Source of the DNA: Methanobacteriota archaeon | GTDB taxonomy: Archaea > Methanobacteriota > Methanobacteria > Methanobacteriales > Methanobacteriaceae | Direction: 5' to 3' | DNA: 64,000 nt | Assembly (NCBI GenBank): GCA_963718335.1 | Contig: CAVQYT010000007.1 | Coordinates: 356,122 to 420,121, forward strand | Shown: piece after piece, positions 52,277-63,056 of the stretch | How positions within the stretch are numbered: position 1 is the first letter of the stretch | Layout of the letters: each line of letters opens with the position of its first letter | Translations under genes and position numbers: made by a program | Notes under the pieces: model-generated | Database searches by the model: none | Told to the model about the DNA's origin: nothing | Seen by the model: only the letters and a program-made list of their open reading frames with translations

Positions 52277-53158
52277 ATGAACCTGTCATTAAACAACAAC
52301 TACTGGAAATATCTGTCCAACCTACAGAATGAAATTATATATGGCGGATACCTGACTGCAATAGGGGCACCTTCACTGGTACTCATGGTTTCCATCATAA
52401 TGAATGTGGCCATCAGCTGGCCCATACTGGTCATAGCATATTTAATTCCGTTAATAGTGTACAGTTTTGATTATTATAAAGATCTGGATAAGGATATGGT
52501 CACTAATTCAGAAAGATCCATCTATCTTAAGAAAAAAAAGAAGATGTATCCATATATCCTTGGATTTTACATAGCGCTCTTATCAATCCTTTTAATAATA
52601 TATACCAATATTTCACTGGTTTTCTTCATTTTACTCATGGTTTTAGGCGGGGTTTTATATTCAACCCTTCTTAAAAAAATCACCAAGAAAATACCCATAT
52701 TTAAGAACATCTATACCGATCTATCCTGGGCCTTATGTGGAACTCTCTTCGTTCCACTTTACTATTCAATAAGCATTAATATGGGGTATCTCTTTATTTT
52801 CCTATTTATTTTCCTCAAAGGTCTGGTTAATGTTCTTTTCTTTGATCTTAAGGATATTAAAAGCGATGAAAAAGAGAAGCTCAAGACCTTGCCGGTGATG
52901 CTGGGTAAAAATAGGGTAATTAATCTCTTATATTTAATAAACTTCCTCTCAGTAGTTCCATTGTTGCTGGGGATTTACATGCAGAATATCAGTTTATTTG
53001 CCGTTGGTTTAATTATATTCTACTTTTATGGATTTTATTATTTATTTAAGGCAAAAATTTCAAGCAATAAAGTAATAAGAACAAAAATAACCACCCTGGT
53101 TGATTTTGAATATATACTCTGGCCTTTAGTTCTTCTGGGATGCAAATTGTTTATTTAA
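52277..53158 (+). CDS. UbiA-superfamily prenyltransferase (divergent), substrate unknown
   Basis: Polytopic protein with Asp-rich loops FDYYKDLDKD and FFDLKDIKSDEKE, spaced as in UbiA-type enzymes. Confidence 0.55.
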   Translation: MNLSLNNNYWKYLSNLQNEIIYGGYLTAIGAPSLVLMVSIIMNVAISWPILVIAYLIPLIVYSFDYYKDLDKDMVTNSERSIYLKKKKKMYPYILGFYIALLSILLIIYTNISLVFFILLMVLGGVLYSTLLKKITKKIPIFKNIYTDLSWALCGTLFVPLYYSISINMGYLFIFLFIFLKGLVNVLFFDLKDIKSDEKEKLKTLPVMLGKNRVINLLYLINFLSVVPLLLGIYMQNISLFAVGLIIFYFYGFYYLFKAKISSNKVIRTKITTLVDFEYILWPLVLLGCKLFI

Positions 53159-53565
53159 AGATCACTGATGTGTATTCTTTTTTCATAAGCCATTCCCTGG
53201 AAAATGGCCAGCAATTCACCTTCACCATCAGTTATATCAACGGTATAGGTTGAAATTTTGGGATTTCTGGAAATTTCACGCGCCTCGGCAAATAAAACTC
53301 CTTCAACAGCTGCCTTCATAAAGGATATATTCACGTTTATGGCTACGGTAACCCTCCCATAGGAATTTGCCGCCACTGCAAATGCGAAATCGGCCAGTGT
53401 AAAGAAAACTCCGCCGTGAACGGTTCCAATACCATTTAAATGTTGGGGGGTTACCTCCATTTTGACTTTAGATTTCCCTTCACTAACTTCTAGAAGTTCT
53501 ATACCCACATGTTCTGCAAATTTGTCCTTTTTGAAGAATTTCTTTATATTATCCATTTTTACCAC
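53155..53565 (-). CDS. PaaI-type hotdog-fold thioesterase
   Basis: NGIGTVHGGVFFTLADFAFAVA motif, ~135 aa. Confidence 0.8.
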   Translation of the reverse strand: MVKMDNIKKFFKKDKFAEHVGIELLEVSEGKSKVKMEVTPQHLNGIGTVHGGVFFTLADFAFAVAANSYGRVTVAINVNISFMKAAVEGVLFAEAREISRNPKISTYTVDITDGEGELLAIFQGMAYEKRIHISDL

Positions 53566-53703
53566 TATTAATAAGTTTTTTAAATTTAATTAGGGTTTAA
53601 AATATCATATCATTATATATAATGAAATATATTAAAGAAACTAGTAATAGGGTGAAATTTTACTAAAAAGATCATTATAATAATAAATATTGAGGTTTTT
53701 AAG

Positions 53704-54699
53704 TTGGTTAGTGATGCAGAGGATTCTGTAGATTTATTGAAAATCACCACTAAAGTTCCAGTTTTTAAGATAGGCGATACATTTTCAAATATCAAAGATA
53801 CTCTTTTTAAGAAAGCTAATACCTTGGATACTATTGATTATATTTACATTACAGATGAAAATAATGTCTTAAAAGGAGTCATTTCAATTAAGACAATTTT
53901 TAGTGTGGAAGGTCAAGAAAGAGTGGAAACTTTAATGGAAAGAAATGTTATTACGATTCATAGAGAACTGGATCAAAGAAAGGTAGTTCAGCTTGCTCTT
54001 TCTAATGGAATTAAAGCATTACCGGTTGTAGATGATCAAAAACATTTTCTGGGAGTAATATCCCATGATGTTATACTCCAAATTTTCAATCAAGAGTACA
54101 AAAAGGAAATTTTTAAGGTAGGAGGTATTTCTGCCAGAGTGGGAGATGAGTACACTACTATCAGTTCCACTGCATGGATAATGATAAAATCCAGGCTTCC
54201 CTGGCTTGTATTAGGTGTTTTAGGAGGTACTTTAGCTGCTTCTGTAATAAGCGGATTTGAAGAAGTTTTAAGTAAAGTTCTGGCTTTAGCAGCATTTATC
54301 CCTGTGCTGGTATACATGAGCGATGCAGCAGGAACTCAATCTGAAGCTCTTATTATACGCAGTATTGCTCTTGAACCGGAATTACCTCTAAGATCATATA
54401 TTTTAAGGGAAATTAAAATCGCTGGCGTACTTGCAATAATCGTTGGATTATTAATGAGCATTGTTGCAGCTATAGGTTGGAATAATTATGTATTGGGGTT
54501 TATTATAGGATTATCAATGTTTTTTAGTGTAGTAATCGCTGTTTTAATATCTACTTTTCTTCCCCTTGGATTAAAAAAGCTGCACAGTGATCCAGCAGTT
54601 TCTACGGGTCCAATAGCCACAATAATCAGTGATATTGCTACAATAATAATATATTTCTCCATAGCAATACTATTTTTGGATTATTTCCAGATAATATGA
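53704..54699 (+). CDS. mgtE: MgtE-type Mg2+/divalent cation transporter (CBS pair + MgtE membrane domain)
   Basis: CBS-like repeats, then RLPWLVLGVLGG..AAFIPVLVYMSDAAGTQSEAL..DPAVSTGPIATIISDI. TTG start. Confidence 0.8.
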   Translation: MVSDAEDSVDLLKITTKVPVFKIGDTFSNIKDTLFKKANTLDTIDYIYITDENNVLKGVISIKTIFSVEGQERVETLMERNVITIHRELDQRKVVQLALSNGIKALPVVDDQKHFLGVISHDVILQIFNQEYKKEIFKVGGISARVGDEYTTISSTAWIMIKSRLPWLVLGVLGGTLAASVISGFEEVLSKVLALAAFIPVLVYMSDAAGTQSEALIIRSIALEPELPLRSYILREIKIAGVLAIIVGLLMSIVAAIGWNNYVLGFIIGLSMFFSVVIAVLISTFLPLGLKKLHSDPAVSTGPIATIISDIATIIIYFSIAILFLDYFQII

Positions 54700-54789
54700 G
54701 AAATAGGATTTAAAAGAATCTCCTTTAAATAGATGACAGATTAGGAATAAGAAATTAAATATACAAAATTTACTCATTCAGAGGGGTAA

Positions 54790-55332
54790 TCAAAGATTTT
54801 TTTCACTTTCACCAATGGTATATAAATAGATTCTGTCCTTATAATTAACACGTGTAGGTTCCCATCCATCAAAGGTCCAGACGTAGGATATAACACGGGT
54901 CCCTGGTTTTAATTCAGTTACCAGTTTTTCTTTAAGTTGTTGATTGGCCCTATCTCCCAAAAAGAGCGTTACTACAGTCGCTTCGCCGATATTGTGGTTG
55001 AAGAAGTTTCCCCATTTAATCTGGCATCTATTCTGCAGCCTGTAAAAAAATAGATACATACGTGACCATAAAAACCGTATAGGATCTGCTTCAATCCCTA
55101 CTGCCCGGGCATCATATTTTTTCACTGCTTCAAAGACGATTCTACCGTCTCCAGAACCCAGATCATAAACTATATCCTGGGGGCTAATTTTTACCATCTC
55201 CAGCATTTCTTTAACCTTTCTTTTGCTGGTGGGCTCAAAACCAGCTCCAATTACTGCTGTCCACATAATCCATATTATTATAACCGGTATAACAATAATA
55301 AATATTAAAATAGCTATTAAATATAAATCCAA
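54790..55332 (-). CDS. Membrane-anchored class I SAM-dependent methyltransferase
   Basis: An N-terminal TM helix followed by VYDLGSGDGRIVFEAV (motif I). Confidence 0.7.
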   Translation of the reverse strand: MDLYLIAILIFIIVIPVIIIWIMWTAVIGAGFEPTSKRKVKEMLEMVKISPQDIVYDLGSGDGRIVFEAVKKYDARAVGIEADPIRFLWSRMYLFFYRLQNRCQIKWGNFFNHNIGEATVVTLFLGDRANQQLKEKLVTELKPGTRVISYVWTFDGWEPTRVNYKDRIYLYTIGESEKNL

Positions 55333-55418
55333 CTTTAACTCCCCTAATTTCTTAAATTTGATTCATCAATTTTATGCCATGATTTTTTTTTTTAGTAATG
55401 GTAAATATATTGTAATCC

Positions 55419-56024
55419 ATGAAAAATAAAGATGTCATGAGAGGGATGGGCTGGGATTTACTGGAAAGTGAAGATATATCCATAGCTCCAAAACCGCCAC
55501 ATGGACGGATACCTAACTATAAAGGATCAGACGCTGCTGCCGGGATGCTTAGAGCCACCCCCGAATGGAATAACTGTGATGTAATTTTTTGCAGTCCGGA
55601 TACTGCACAAAAAAAGGTGCGTGAATATGCATTGAAGGATAAAAAGATACTCATCATGGCATCTCCTAAATTGAAAAGTGTATATCTTTTAATTGATCCT
55701 GTTAACACATTAAATAACGAAAAACTGGCATCTACTATTAAGGGAGCATTTAAGCTGGGTGGACCCCTGCAGGATTTAATTAAGGTGGATTTGGTGGTGG
55801 AAGGATCAGTGGCTGTTGATTTGGATGGTAACCGTCTGGGAAAAGGCGGAGGATATGGAGATTTGGAGATATCCCATTTGCTCAAGCAAAAAGCGATTGA
55901 TGGGAAAACCCCTATTGTAAGCACGGTTCATGAAAAGCAGATCATGGAAAGGGTCCCGGTTGAAGACCATGATATGAAAGTGAACATGATAGTTTCTCCA
56001 GAGCGTGTGATAAGGATTCTATGA
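55419..56024 (+). CDS. 5-formyltetrahydrofolate cyclo-ligase family protein
   Basis: GRIPNYKGSDAAA ... DGNRLGKGGGYGDLE is characteristic of the family. Confidence 0.75.
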   Translation: MKNKDVMRGMGWDLLESEDISIAPKPPHGRIPNYKGSDAAAGMLRATPEWNNCDVIFCSPDTAQKKVREYALKDKKILIMASPKLKSVYLLIDPVNTLNNEKLASTIKGAFKLGGPLQDLIKVDLVVEGSVAVDLDGNRLGKGGGYGDLEISHLLKQKAIDGKTPIVSTVHEKQIMERVPVEDHDMKVNMIVSPERVIRIL

Positions 56025-56029
56025 ATTGT

Positions 56030-56245
56030 TCAGTCGAAGTTGTTTTCCTTTATTTTTTTTATTTCATCCCGCCATTTCTTGCTTTTCTCTAAATTAATTT
56101 TAAACTCATTAATTGAATTAAAAAATTCATCCACGCTTTGGGCAGATAACACCACAACCAGTTCTCCATTATTAAAAACAGAATGATCTTTAAGTATCAC
56201 TCCTTCTGGACTTACGTATCCAACGGTTGACTTTGATTGTTTCAT
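56030..56245 (-). CDS. Hypothetical small protein
   Basis: A 71-aa ORF lying 10 nt downstream of the ferritin-like gene. No motif recognised. Confidence 0.4.
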   Translation of the reverse strand: MKQSKSTVGYVSPEGVILKDHSVFNNGELVVVLSAQSVDEFFNSINEFKINLEKSKKWRDEIKKIKENNFD

Positions 56246-56255
56246 TTTAACTCAA

Positions 56256-56678
56256 CTATTCAATATTTAGAAGCCGCATTCTGAATTCTTTCCTATGCCT
56301 CTTTTCCTCATCTAAGATGTGCTTTAAGACTCCAAGCACTTCTTCATCAGAGATTGAATCAATATGTTTCTGGTAAGCTTCTATTCCCTCACTTTCAAGT
56401 TCTATCTGTCTTTGGAGTTGAGACTTCAGGTCATCACCACCAAAATCAAGCTCCTTATGTTCCATGGTTGGTTTACCGCCCCTATTAACTATTAATTCTG
56501 CTAACCACCACATGTGCCTCATTTCATCCGCAGAAATGGCTTCGGTCACCCTGCTTGGATCGCAGGGCTCCATTATAAAGGAGTTCCTGGTGTAGATCAT
56601 GGTGGCTTCCAGTTCCCTAACAAAATGATAGTTCAATATTTTAATCAGCTCTTCATTATCCATGATGATTCCTCCCAA
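56256..56678 (-). CDS. Ferritin-like (bacterioferritin/rubrerythrin-fold) protein
   Basis: Four-helix diiron ligand pattern: RELEAT, ADEMRH, ELESEG and DEEKRH. Confidence 0.6.
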   Translation of the reverse strand: MGGIIMDNEELIKILNYHFVRELEATMIYTRNSFIMEPCDPSRVTEAISADEMRHMWWLAELIVNRGGKPTMEHKELDFGGDDLKSQLQRQIELESEGIEAYQKHIDSISDEEVLGVLKHILDEEKRHRKEFRMRLLNIE

Positions 56679-56743
56679 TTTAATATTATATTTGGATTTT
56701 AAATTTAATATAATTTTAAGATCATGGATAGAGATAAGTTACT

Positions 56744-57139
56744 TTAATCTCCAATTACTGTTATGATTATCTCCCTTAATCTTCCTGATGTATCTGCTTC
56801 AATAAAGAATAGATCCTGCCAGGTACCTCTTATGAGTTTACCATCCCTCAAGGGCATGGTTTTATCCGGCGGAAACAGCATGGATCTTAGATGTGAGTGG
56901 GCATTGAAACCATGTAACCATCCCTTTTGGGGAACTAAATCATCCAGCAACTTCTTAATATCACTTCGAAGATTACTTTCCAGTTCAGTTAGAGCAAACA
57001 CGGCGGTTGCATGGGGGGCAAAAACATGCACTATACCCTCTTTAATTCCTGATTCTCTAACTGCATCTTCAATTTGGGGAGTTAAATTAACTATATCTCC
57101 AGGGTTTTTGGTTTTAATATTTAATGTTTTGGTGAACAA
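56744..57139 (-). CDS. YjbQ/UPF0047 family protein (secondary thiamine-phosphate synthase-like)
   Basis: IVNLTPQIEDAV..GIVHVFAPHATA..NAHSHLRSML..GTWQDLFFIEAD. Confidence 0.8.
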   Translation of the reverse strand: MFTKTLNIKTKNPGDIVNLTPQIEDAVRESGIKEGIVHVFAPHATAVFALTELESNLRSDIKKLLDDLVPQKGWLHGFNAHSHLRSMLFPPDKTMPLRDGKLIRGTWQDLFFIEADTSGRLREIIITVIGD

Positions 57140-57169
57140 ATTTTAAACCTCCATCCACTATTATCGTTA

Positions 57170-59122
57170 TTAGTAAACCATGCTCAGCAATCTGAATGCT
57201 ATTCCTCCCATTATAATGGCAGTGGCGAAGTTGGCCAGGGTGATCATCCCTGCAGATCTCCATCCAAACTCCCGTGCCAGCACTGCAATTGTGGATGCGC
57301 AGGGCAGATAGAGCATGGCTACCAGTGCCAGTACTATAAACTGGACAGGGGTAAGAACCAGTGCTAGGTTGGTACCGAAAAAGGCCACCAGCATGAGCAG
57401 GATGAATTCTTTTCTGATGGCACCGAATATGAGCAGTACACCAGCTACTGCTGGAAGTCCCAGCCACCATACAGTAAGTGGGGTTAAAAAATTACTGATG
57501 GGTGTTAAGATGCCCATAACATATAGGGCCTGCACAAAGGCGGTACCAAATATATAGATGGGCAGTACAAGATATAAAAGGGATTTGGTTCTGACCCATG
57601 TTTGTCTGGTAATTATAGATAATGTTGGTACTTTAAAGGAATGCATTTCCATTATAAGTCCAGTGGATTCTCCAGGAAGTAGTTTTAAGGCAATTCGACC
57701 CACAATGAAGATGAGCAGTAAATCGAAGATGTAGAGCGCCAGTGCCCACCACACGTTTACAAAAACAGCCACCAGTCCAAGTATTACAATGGTCCGGGCT
57801 GCACAGGGGGCGAAGGTAATGGCAAAAGCAGCAAGTAATCTTTCTCTTCTAGTTTCAAGGATTCGGGTACTATCTATAGCCGGGACGTTGCATCCATATC
57901 CCAGTATGAGTGGTATGAGGGCCTTTCCATGCAGACCTATCTTGTGCATGGCTGTGTCCATCATGAAGGCCACCCTGGTTAAGATCCCAGAGTTTTCTAT
58001 GGCGCTGAGCATGAGATAAAAGGGAATTACAAAGGGAATTATAAGGGTTATCCCTGCTACAAGCCCCCCAACAGCCCCATTCCATATTATACTCACCAAT
58101 GCACCGCTTATCTGCGGATCAACTGGCTGGAAGAAGCTGAAGGCCCGGGTCAGTATATCTGAAAAAAATTTTCCAACCACAAAGGTCCATAGTAATAGAC
58201 CGCCAATTACCAGTGCAGAGATGATGTAACCAAACACCCGGTCTGTGGCCAGTTTATCAAACTTCTCTGAAAATGAAATTTCTATCTTGCTTTGGATCTG
58301 TGCCCCTGCCGTTATCTTGTTGGCCAGCGCATATCTTTCTGATGCTATAACTGAAAAGGAAGGCTCGTTGTGTATCTCTTCGATTTGGGCGGCCAGTTTA
58401 AAGGCAGCACTCACCACTTCCTCTGATTTTGATTCAACCAGATTTTTGATCTCAGGATCGTTTTCCAGTAGTTTTATGGCCACCCAGCGGGAAGGATATC
58501 CTAATTGGAGATTTTTTGAATTTATTAGATTGGAAAGTTCATCTACTTTATTTTCCACTTCAAAACCGTATTCAATATGGTTTTTCTTGATCTTACCCTG
58601 GATTTCTCTGTAGTTGATGACGGTGTCCATGAGTTGATGTAATCCCTCTCCCCTGATGGCGATGGTGGATACCACGGGAACTCCCAGAGCAGATTGGAGT
58701 TTTTTTATATCGATTTCGATACCTTTACTACGTGCGATGTCTATCTGGTTTACGCAGACAATTAAAGGAACCTCCATTTCCAATAATTGCATGGTAAAAA
58801 AGAGGTTTCTTTCTAAAACAGCGGCATCCACCACATTTATAACCACGTCTGGGTTTTCATAGGCGATATATTCCCGGGATACAATTTCTTCCATGGAGAA
58901 CGTGGAAAATGAATATATTCCAGGTAAATCAACCACATTTATTTCGTATCCTTCAAAATTCAGCTTACCCTCTGCCCTTTCAATGGTTTTACCAGGCCAG
59001 TTTCCCACTATCTGATTTGAACCGGTGATTTCATTGAAGATGACGCTTTTACCTACATTCGCATTTCCGGCAAGTGCAATGGTCAGATCACTGGACTTAC
59101 CAGATATTTTCAAAATCAGCAC
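57170..59122 (-). CDS. feoB: Ferrous iron transporter FeoB
   Basis: N-terminal G domain [33 protein letters not shown], followed by a large polytopic domain (650 aa). Confidence 0.92.
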   Translation of the reverse strand: MLILKISGKSSDLTIALAGNANVGKSVIFNEITGSNQIVGNWPGKTIERAEGKLNFEGYEINVVDLPGIYSFSTFSMEEIVSREYIAYENPDVVINVVDAAVLERNLFFTMQLLEMEVPLIVCVNQIDIARSKGIEIDIKKLQSALGVPVVSTIAIRGEGLHQLMDTVINYREIQGKIKKNHIEYGFEVENKVDELSNLINSKNLQLGYPSRWVAIKLLENDPEIKNLVESKSEEVVSAAFKLAAQIEEIHNEPSFSVIASERYALANKITAGAQIQSKIEISFSEKFDKLATDRVFGYIISALVIGGLLLWTFVVGKFFSDILTRAFSFFQPVDPQISGALVSIIWNGAVGGLVAGITLIIPFVIPFYLMLSAIENSGILTRVAFMMDTAMHKIGLHGKALIPLILGYGCNVPAIDSTRILETRRERLLAAFAITFAPCAARTIVILGLVAVFVNVWWALALYIFDLLLIFIVGRIALKLLPGESTGLIMEMHSFKVPTLSIITRQTWVRTKSLLYLVLPIYIFGTAFVQALYVMGILTPISNFLTPLTVWWLGLPAVAGVLLIFGAIRKEFILLMLVAFFGTNLALVLTPVQFIVLALVAMLYLPCASTIAVLAREFGWRSAGMITLANFATAIIMGGIAFRLLSMVY

Positions 59123-59850
59123 CCCGTTTCTTCGCAGGACTCTACAAATACGTTTGAAGCTATATCATGACCTATTGCCAGTTTAGATCCTCTAACTGCC
59201 AGTTCTACTGGACCTCCCATGGGAGCGATTTTAATAACTTTTATTATTGCCCCGATGGTGATTCCCATGTCTAAAAGTCTTCTGATAATGTTGTAATCTC
59301 CCCTTATAAAACTGACCTTGGCACTGTTTTCTTCCTGGAGGTCCAGTATGGAGATGAGGTTCTGGTTACGTTTTCCCACCTCTTCGATATCATCCTCTTT
59401 CCTTTTAAAGCATTCTTCGCAGCTTGTAAATTTTAAATCGCATTCTGGAATCTCCCTTTCCCCTGGACATTTGTCCGGATGTTCTAATAATTGGCATAGT
59501 GCCCTTTCAGCATCGTCTGATAGTGAATGTTCCATTTCACATGCCTGATCATGTATCTTATCCCTTTTGATTTTCAGTACATCGCAGAGAAATCTCTCCA
59601 GTAATCTGTGTTTTCGGGTTATTTTTTTGGCTAACTTAAGGCCTTCTCGGGTTAATACAGCCCCCTTGTAGGGAGAATAATGGACATAACCATTTTCAGA
59701 TAATTTTTTCAGCATCTGAGTAACACTGGCCGGAGCTATATTGAGTTTTTCTGAGATCTGTGATGTGGTCACCACTTCCCCATTGGGGCTGAGTTTGTAC
59801 AGGATTTCTAGGTATTCTTCAACGTTTTCACTTATGGATTTTTCAGGCAT
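59116..59850 (-). CDS. DtxR-family metal-dependent regulator with C-terminal FeoA/SH3-like domain
   Basis: [53 protein letters not shown]-terminal FeoA-like [27 protein letters not shown]. It overlaps the feoB start by 7 nt. Confidence 0.85.
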   Translation of the reverse strand: MPEKSISENVEEYLEILYKLSPNGEVVTTSQISEKLNIAPASVTQMLKKLSENGYVHYSPYKGAVLTREGLKLAKKITRKHRLLERFLCDVLKIKRDKIHDQACEMEHSLSDDAERALCQLLEHPDKCPGEREIPECDLKFTSCEECFKRKEDDIEEVGKRNQNLISILDLQEENSAKVSFIRGDYNIIRRLLDMGITIGAIIKVIKIAPMGGPVELAVRGSKLAIGHDIASNVFVESCEETGC

Positions 59851-59851
59851 T

Positions 59852-59865
59852 TTAGGTTCACCTAA
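59852..59865. promoter_or_regulatory. Candidate DtxR-type operator (TTAGGT-TC-ACCTAA)
   Basis: A perfect 6+6 inverted repeat begins 2 nt upstream of the regulator start codon (59848-59850, minus strand). The arms match the TTAGGT/ACCTAA half-sites of DtxR/IdeR boxes. The AT-rich ATATATAAAT lies ~30-40 nt further upstream. Confidence 0.5.
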
Positions 59866-60149
59866 TCTTTTTATTTAATCATTATGATCTGATTTATATA
59901 TATTTTTTGGTATGCCTAAAAATTTACCATAAGTTTAGAAGATGTTTGATGAATAAAAAAAAAGTTATATACATCACCATAAACTCAAATTCACTAATTA
60001 TTATTGAAAATTTTGCAGTTCACCCCATAAATATAAATAATTTGTTGAAAATCTTATTTTATAGAGTAATTTTCACTTTAAATATTCCCTAAATAATTTA
60101 AAGCTAAGAAACATGAATAAAAAAATTACTTAAACCAAGGATGTAAATC

Positions 60150-60620
60150 ATGGCTAAATTGGGAATGGGCACTGCAATAACCCTCAGTGTAATATTGAGT
60201 ATTATTTTGATATATCTATTAGGAATAAATGGAATGTTCGTATTAATTATTTTAGGGTTTGCAGCCACTTATCTAAGTGATCCAGACCAGCGATCCTATA
60301 AAATTGGAGGAATTGCTGGAATTGTCCTGGCAGGTTTAATATTTGTATACGAATTGTTTGTATGGCCCCCGTTACCCATAACCCCGCCGGCCATACCGGA
60401 TGCAGTGATGAACGGTCTTAGATTAAACGGAGTTTTTGATTTAATTTTTGGTTTGATTTTTTCAGTAGTGATTTTCTTTCTTTTAGGGGCACTGGGAGGT
60501 CTGGTTGCCCAGAGGTTGTTTAGAGAAAAGAAAGAGAAACCAAGGGCCCATGTTAGAAGAAATCTAGCTCCACCACCTAAAAAACCCAGAAAAACGTTGA
60601 ACAAAACTTTTAAAAATTAG
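60150..60620 (+). CDS. Membrane protein with basic C-terminal tail, unknown function
   Basis: Four hydrophobic helices and a K/R/P-rich tail. It ends 6 nt upstream of the oxidoreductase gene. Confidence 0.5.
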   Translation: MAKLGMGTAITLSVILSIILIYLLGINGMFVLIILGFAATYLSDPDQRSYKIGGIAGIVLAGLIFVYELFVWPPLPITPPAIPDAVMNGLRLNGVFDLIFGLIFSVVIFFLLGALGGLVAQRLFREKKEKPRAHVRRNLAPPPKKPRKTLNKTFKN

Positions 60621-60626
60621 GATATT

Positions 60627-61823
60627 ATGAAAACAGTGGTAGTAGGTTCAGGTGCCGGAGGGGGAACAGTTACTCGGGAACTGGCCAAGAAGGGATTACA
60701 AGTTACCCTCATTGAAAAAGGACCCTTAACCGAATTTAAGGAAGCTTATAAACATTATGACGTAATGAATGTGGGTACAGAAGTATCCAGAACCATCTGT
60801 GTGGGGGGCACTACCATGGTTTCAGCTGGTAACGCGGTTAGAGCATGCAGCAATGATTTTAAAAAACTGGGAATAGATCTGAGCCATGAATTTGATGAAA
60901 TTGAAGAGGAATTAGGTGTGGATGTTCTTCCAGACAGCCATTTTGGGGAAGGAACAACCAGAATTATGAAACAGGCACAGGAACTGGGTTTTAAAGTGAG
61001 CAAGATGCCCAAATTTATAGACCCCGATTCCTGTAAACCCTGCGGTAAATGTACATTTGGATGCGCCAGAAATGCAAAATGGACCAGCGCCCAGTTTGTG
61101 GAAGAATCTAAAAAAAATGGGGCCAATTTGATGGAGAACACTCCAGTTACTGATATAATTGTTTCTGGAGGTAAGGTCAAGGGAGTTAAATCAAAGGATC
61201 AAGTATTCCCGGCAGATAATGTGATATTATCTGCAGGAGCAATTGAAACCCCCCGGTTGCTTCAAAGGATAGGAATAGAAGCAGGAAACAATCTATTTGT
61301 AGATACCTTTGTGACTGTTGGAGGGGTGCTTAAAGGGATCAAGTTCAACCAGGAAGTTACCATGAACGCTCTTATAATGCTGGATGACATTGTGATGGCA
61401 CCTCACTTTTCTGAAATTCTATGGCGGAAACTGAAAAAGTTCAAGGCACGTAAAAAAGATATTCTGGGGATGATGGTAAAGATCAAGGACGAATCCAGCG
61501 GAAGGGTAACCGCTGATAGTGTTATTAAAAATAACACCGCCAACGATGTGGCTCTTTTAGCCCAGGGTTCAGCCATGGTCGGCTCCATATTAAGTTCTGC
61601 TGGCGTGGATCCAAAAACACTTGTTTCCACTCATGCCAGAGGTGCTCATCCTGGAGGAACCGCAGCCATTGGAGATGTGGTTGATAAGAACATGGAAACA
61701 GAAATCCAGGGGCTTTACGTTGCAGATGCCAGCGTATTTCCACAGGCTCCAGGAGCTCCGCCAATACTCACCATACTAGCCCTGGCCAAAAGATTATCCA
61801 CATATATAATAGAAAGCGGATAA
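60627..61823 (+). CDS. GMC-family FAD-dependent oxidoreductase (short form)
   Basis: VVVGSGAGGGTVTRELAKKGLQVTLIEKG dinucleotide fold, CKPCGKCTFGCARNAKW, and C-terminal LYVADASVFPQAPGAPP. Confidence 0.75.
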   Translation: MKTVVVGSGAGGGTVTRELAKKGLQVTLIEKGPLTEFKEAYKHYDVMNVGTEVSRTICVGGTTMVSAGNAVRACSNDFKKLGIDLSHEFDEIEEELGVDVLPDSHFGEGTTRIMKQAQELGFKVSKMPKFIDPDSCKPCGKCTFGCARNAKWTSAQFVEESKKNGANLMENTPVTDIIVSGGKVKGVKSKDQVFPADNVILSAGAIETPRLLQRIGIEAGNNLFVDTFVTVGGVLKGIKFNQEVTMNALIMLDDIVMAPHFSEILWRKLKKFKARKKDILGMMVKIKDESSGRVTADSVIKNNTANDVALLAQGSAMVGSILSSAGVDPKTLVSTHARGAHPGGTAAIGDVVDKNMETEIQGLYVADASVFPQAPGAPPILTILALAKRLSTYIIESG

Positions 61824-61841
61824 AAAAAAAGATTAAAAGTA

Positions 61842-62159
61842 TTACATCATATTTTCATCAAATTTATATTTTGTACCCATCAGGATCTTCTTAGCATCTC
61901 TTAGGTGATAGATCTTCTGGAAAATATCAACGTTATCCAGGGTGGCAAAGGTGATATTGGATTTAACTGATTCAAGAATCTCTTCTTCATCTTCCATTAA
62001 ATCAATTAAGCAGTCTAATTTGTCTATCATAATTTTTAATTGATAATTCACGTTCCCGGTATCAATTACTTCCTTGCTGGATTCATATAATATGTCCATT
62101 ATCTTATCCAGTCTGTCCATTAAAACATTCACTTCTTTTAAAATATCAGAGCAGTTCAT
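61842..62159 (-). CDS. Hypothetical helical protein
   Basis: A 105-aa ORF. No motif recognised. Confidence 0.4.
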   Translation of the reverse strand: MNCSDILKEVNVLMDRLDKIMDILYESSKEVIDTGNVNYQLKIMIDKLDCLIDLMEDEEEILESVKSNITFATLDNVDIFQKIYHLRDAKKILMGTKYKFDENMM

Positions 62160-62229
62160 ATATCAGTTTTTTAATTGAAGTTATTAATAAGCTTATAAAA
62201 ATATATTCAAATACAGATAATTTTAGGAT

Positions 62230-62256
62230 AAAAAAAAAAATTAAAAAAAAATAAAA
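62230..62256 (-). terminator. Oligo-T tract (T4-A-T9-AA-T11 on the minus strand) downstream of the acetate transporter gene
   Basis: It lies ~50 nt after the stop at 62308. Archaeal termination typically occurs at oligo-T runs. Confidence 0.35.
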
Positions 62257-62307
62257 GCCATCCCTTTAGACAGCTTTTATTGGTTTCTACACGGAGGCGT
62301 GTAAAAG

Positions 62308-62907
62308 TTATAATGGTACTATTTTTCTTCCATATACTTCGTTTAAAACCTCTCCCAGTCCTACGTAAAAAGCACTTAGTCCGGTAAATATTCCTTCCCA
62401 GCCAACTATCAGTTTTAATGTAGGATTTCCTGTTAATTCTGTCGCTGTTAATAGGAAGAACAGTATTGCCAGGGATAAGAATATAACCTGTAATCCACGA
62501 CTTATTTTCAGTGTTCCTATAAACATTACCAGTGTGAATACTCCCCACATGAAGAAGTACGCTGCCAGTGATACTGCATCAGCTGCAGTTGCCAGGCCCA
62601 GTTTTGGAAGTATCAATAAGATTACCAATGACCACCAGAATAATCCATAGGATCCAAATGCAACTGTGGCAAAGGTATTACCATTTTTATATTCCATTGC
62701 GCTTACAATAACTTGTGCAGCCCCTCCATAAGCTAATCCCATGGCCAGTATCATACTGTTTATGGGGAAAAAACCTGCATTAGCAAAGTTTAACAGGACT
62801 GTCGTCAATCCAAATGCTATTAACCCTAGTGGTGCAGGATTAGCCTGTGTATGCTTTAAAAGTTTTTGCCCATCTATGGTTATAGTTGAATATTCGTCTT
62901 CTGCCAT
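62308..62907 (-). CDS. GPR1/FUN34/YaaH-family acetate (succinate-acetate) transporter
   Basis: [18 protein letters not shown] signature and six hydrophobic helices. Confidence 0.85.
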   Translation of the reverse strand: MAEDEYSTITIDGQKLLKHTQANPAPLGLIAFGLTTVLLNFANAGFFPINSMILAMGLAYGGAAQVIVSAMEYKNGNTFATVAFGSYGLFWWSLVILLILPKLGLATAADAVSLAAYFFMWGVFTLVMFIGTLKISRGLQVIFLSLAILFFLLTATELTGNPTLKLIVGWEGIFTGLSAFYVGLGEVLNEVYGRKIVPL

Positions 62908-63056
62908 ATTTATACCTCCTTTATGTTTTAATTATATGACTTAATAAGAGAATTACGCAATTGAAAGGTTTATATAGCATTTTAGCGTATATAAACCTTC
63001 ATCACGTAGTTCAAGCCATGAATTGTCTCCTAAAATTTCTCCTTTTTTTTTTAATT

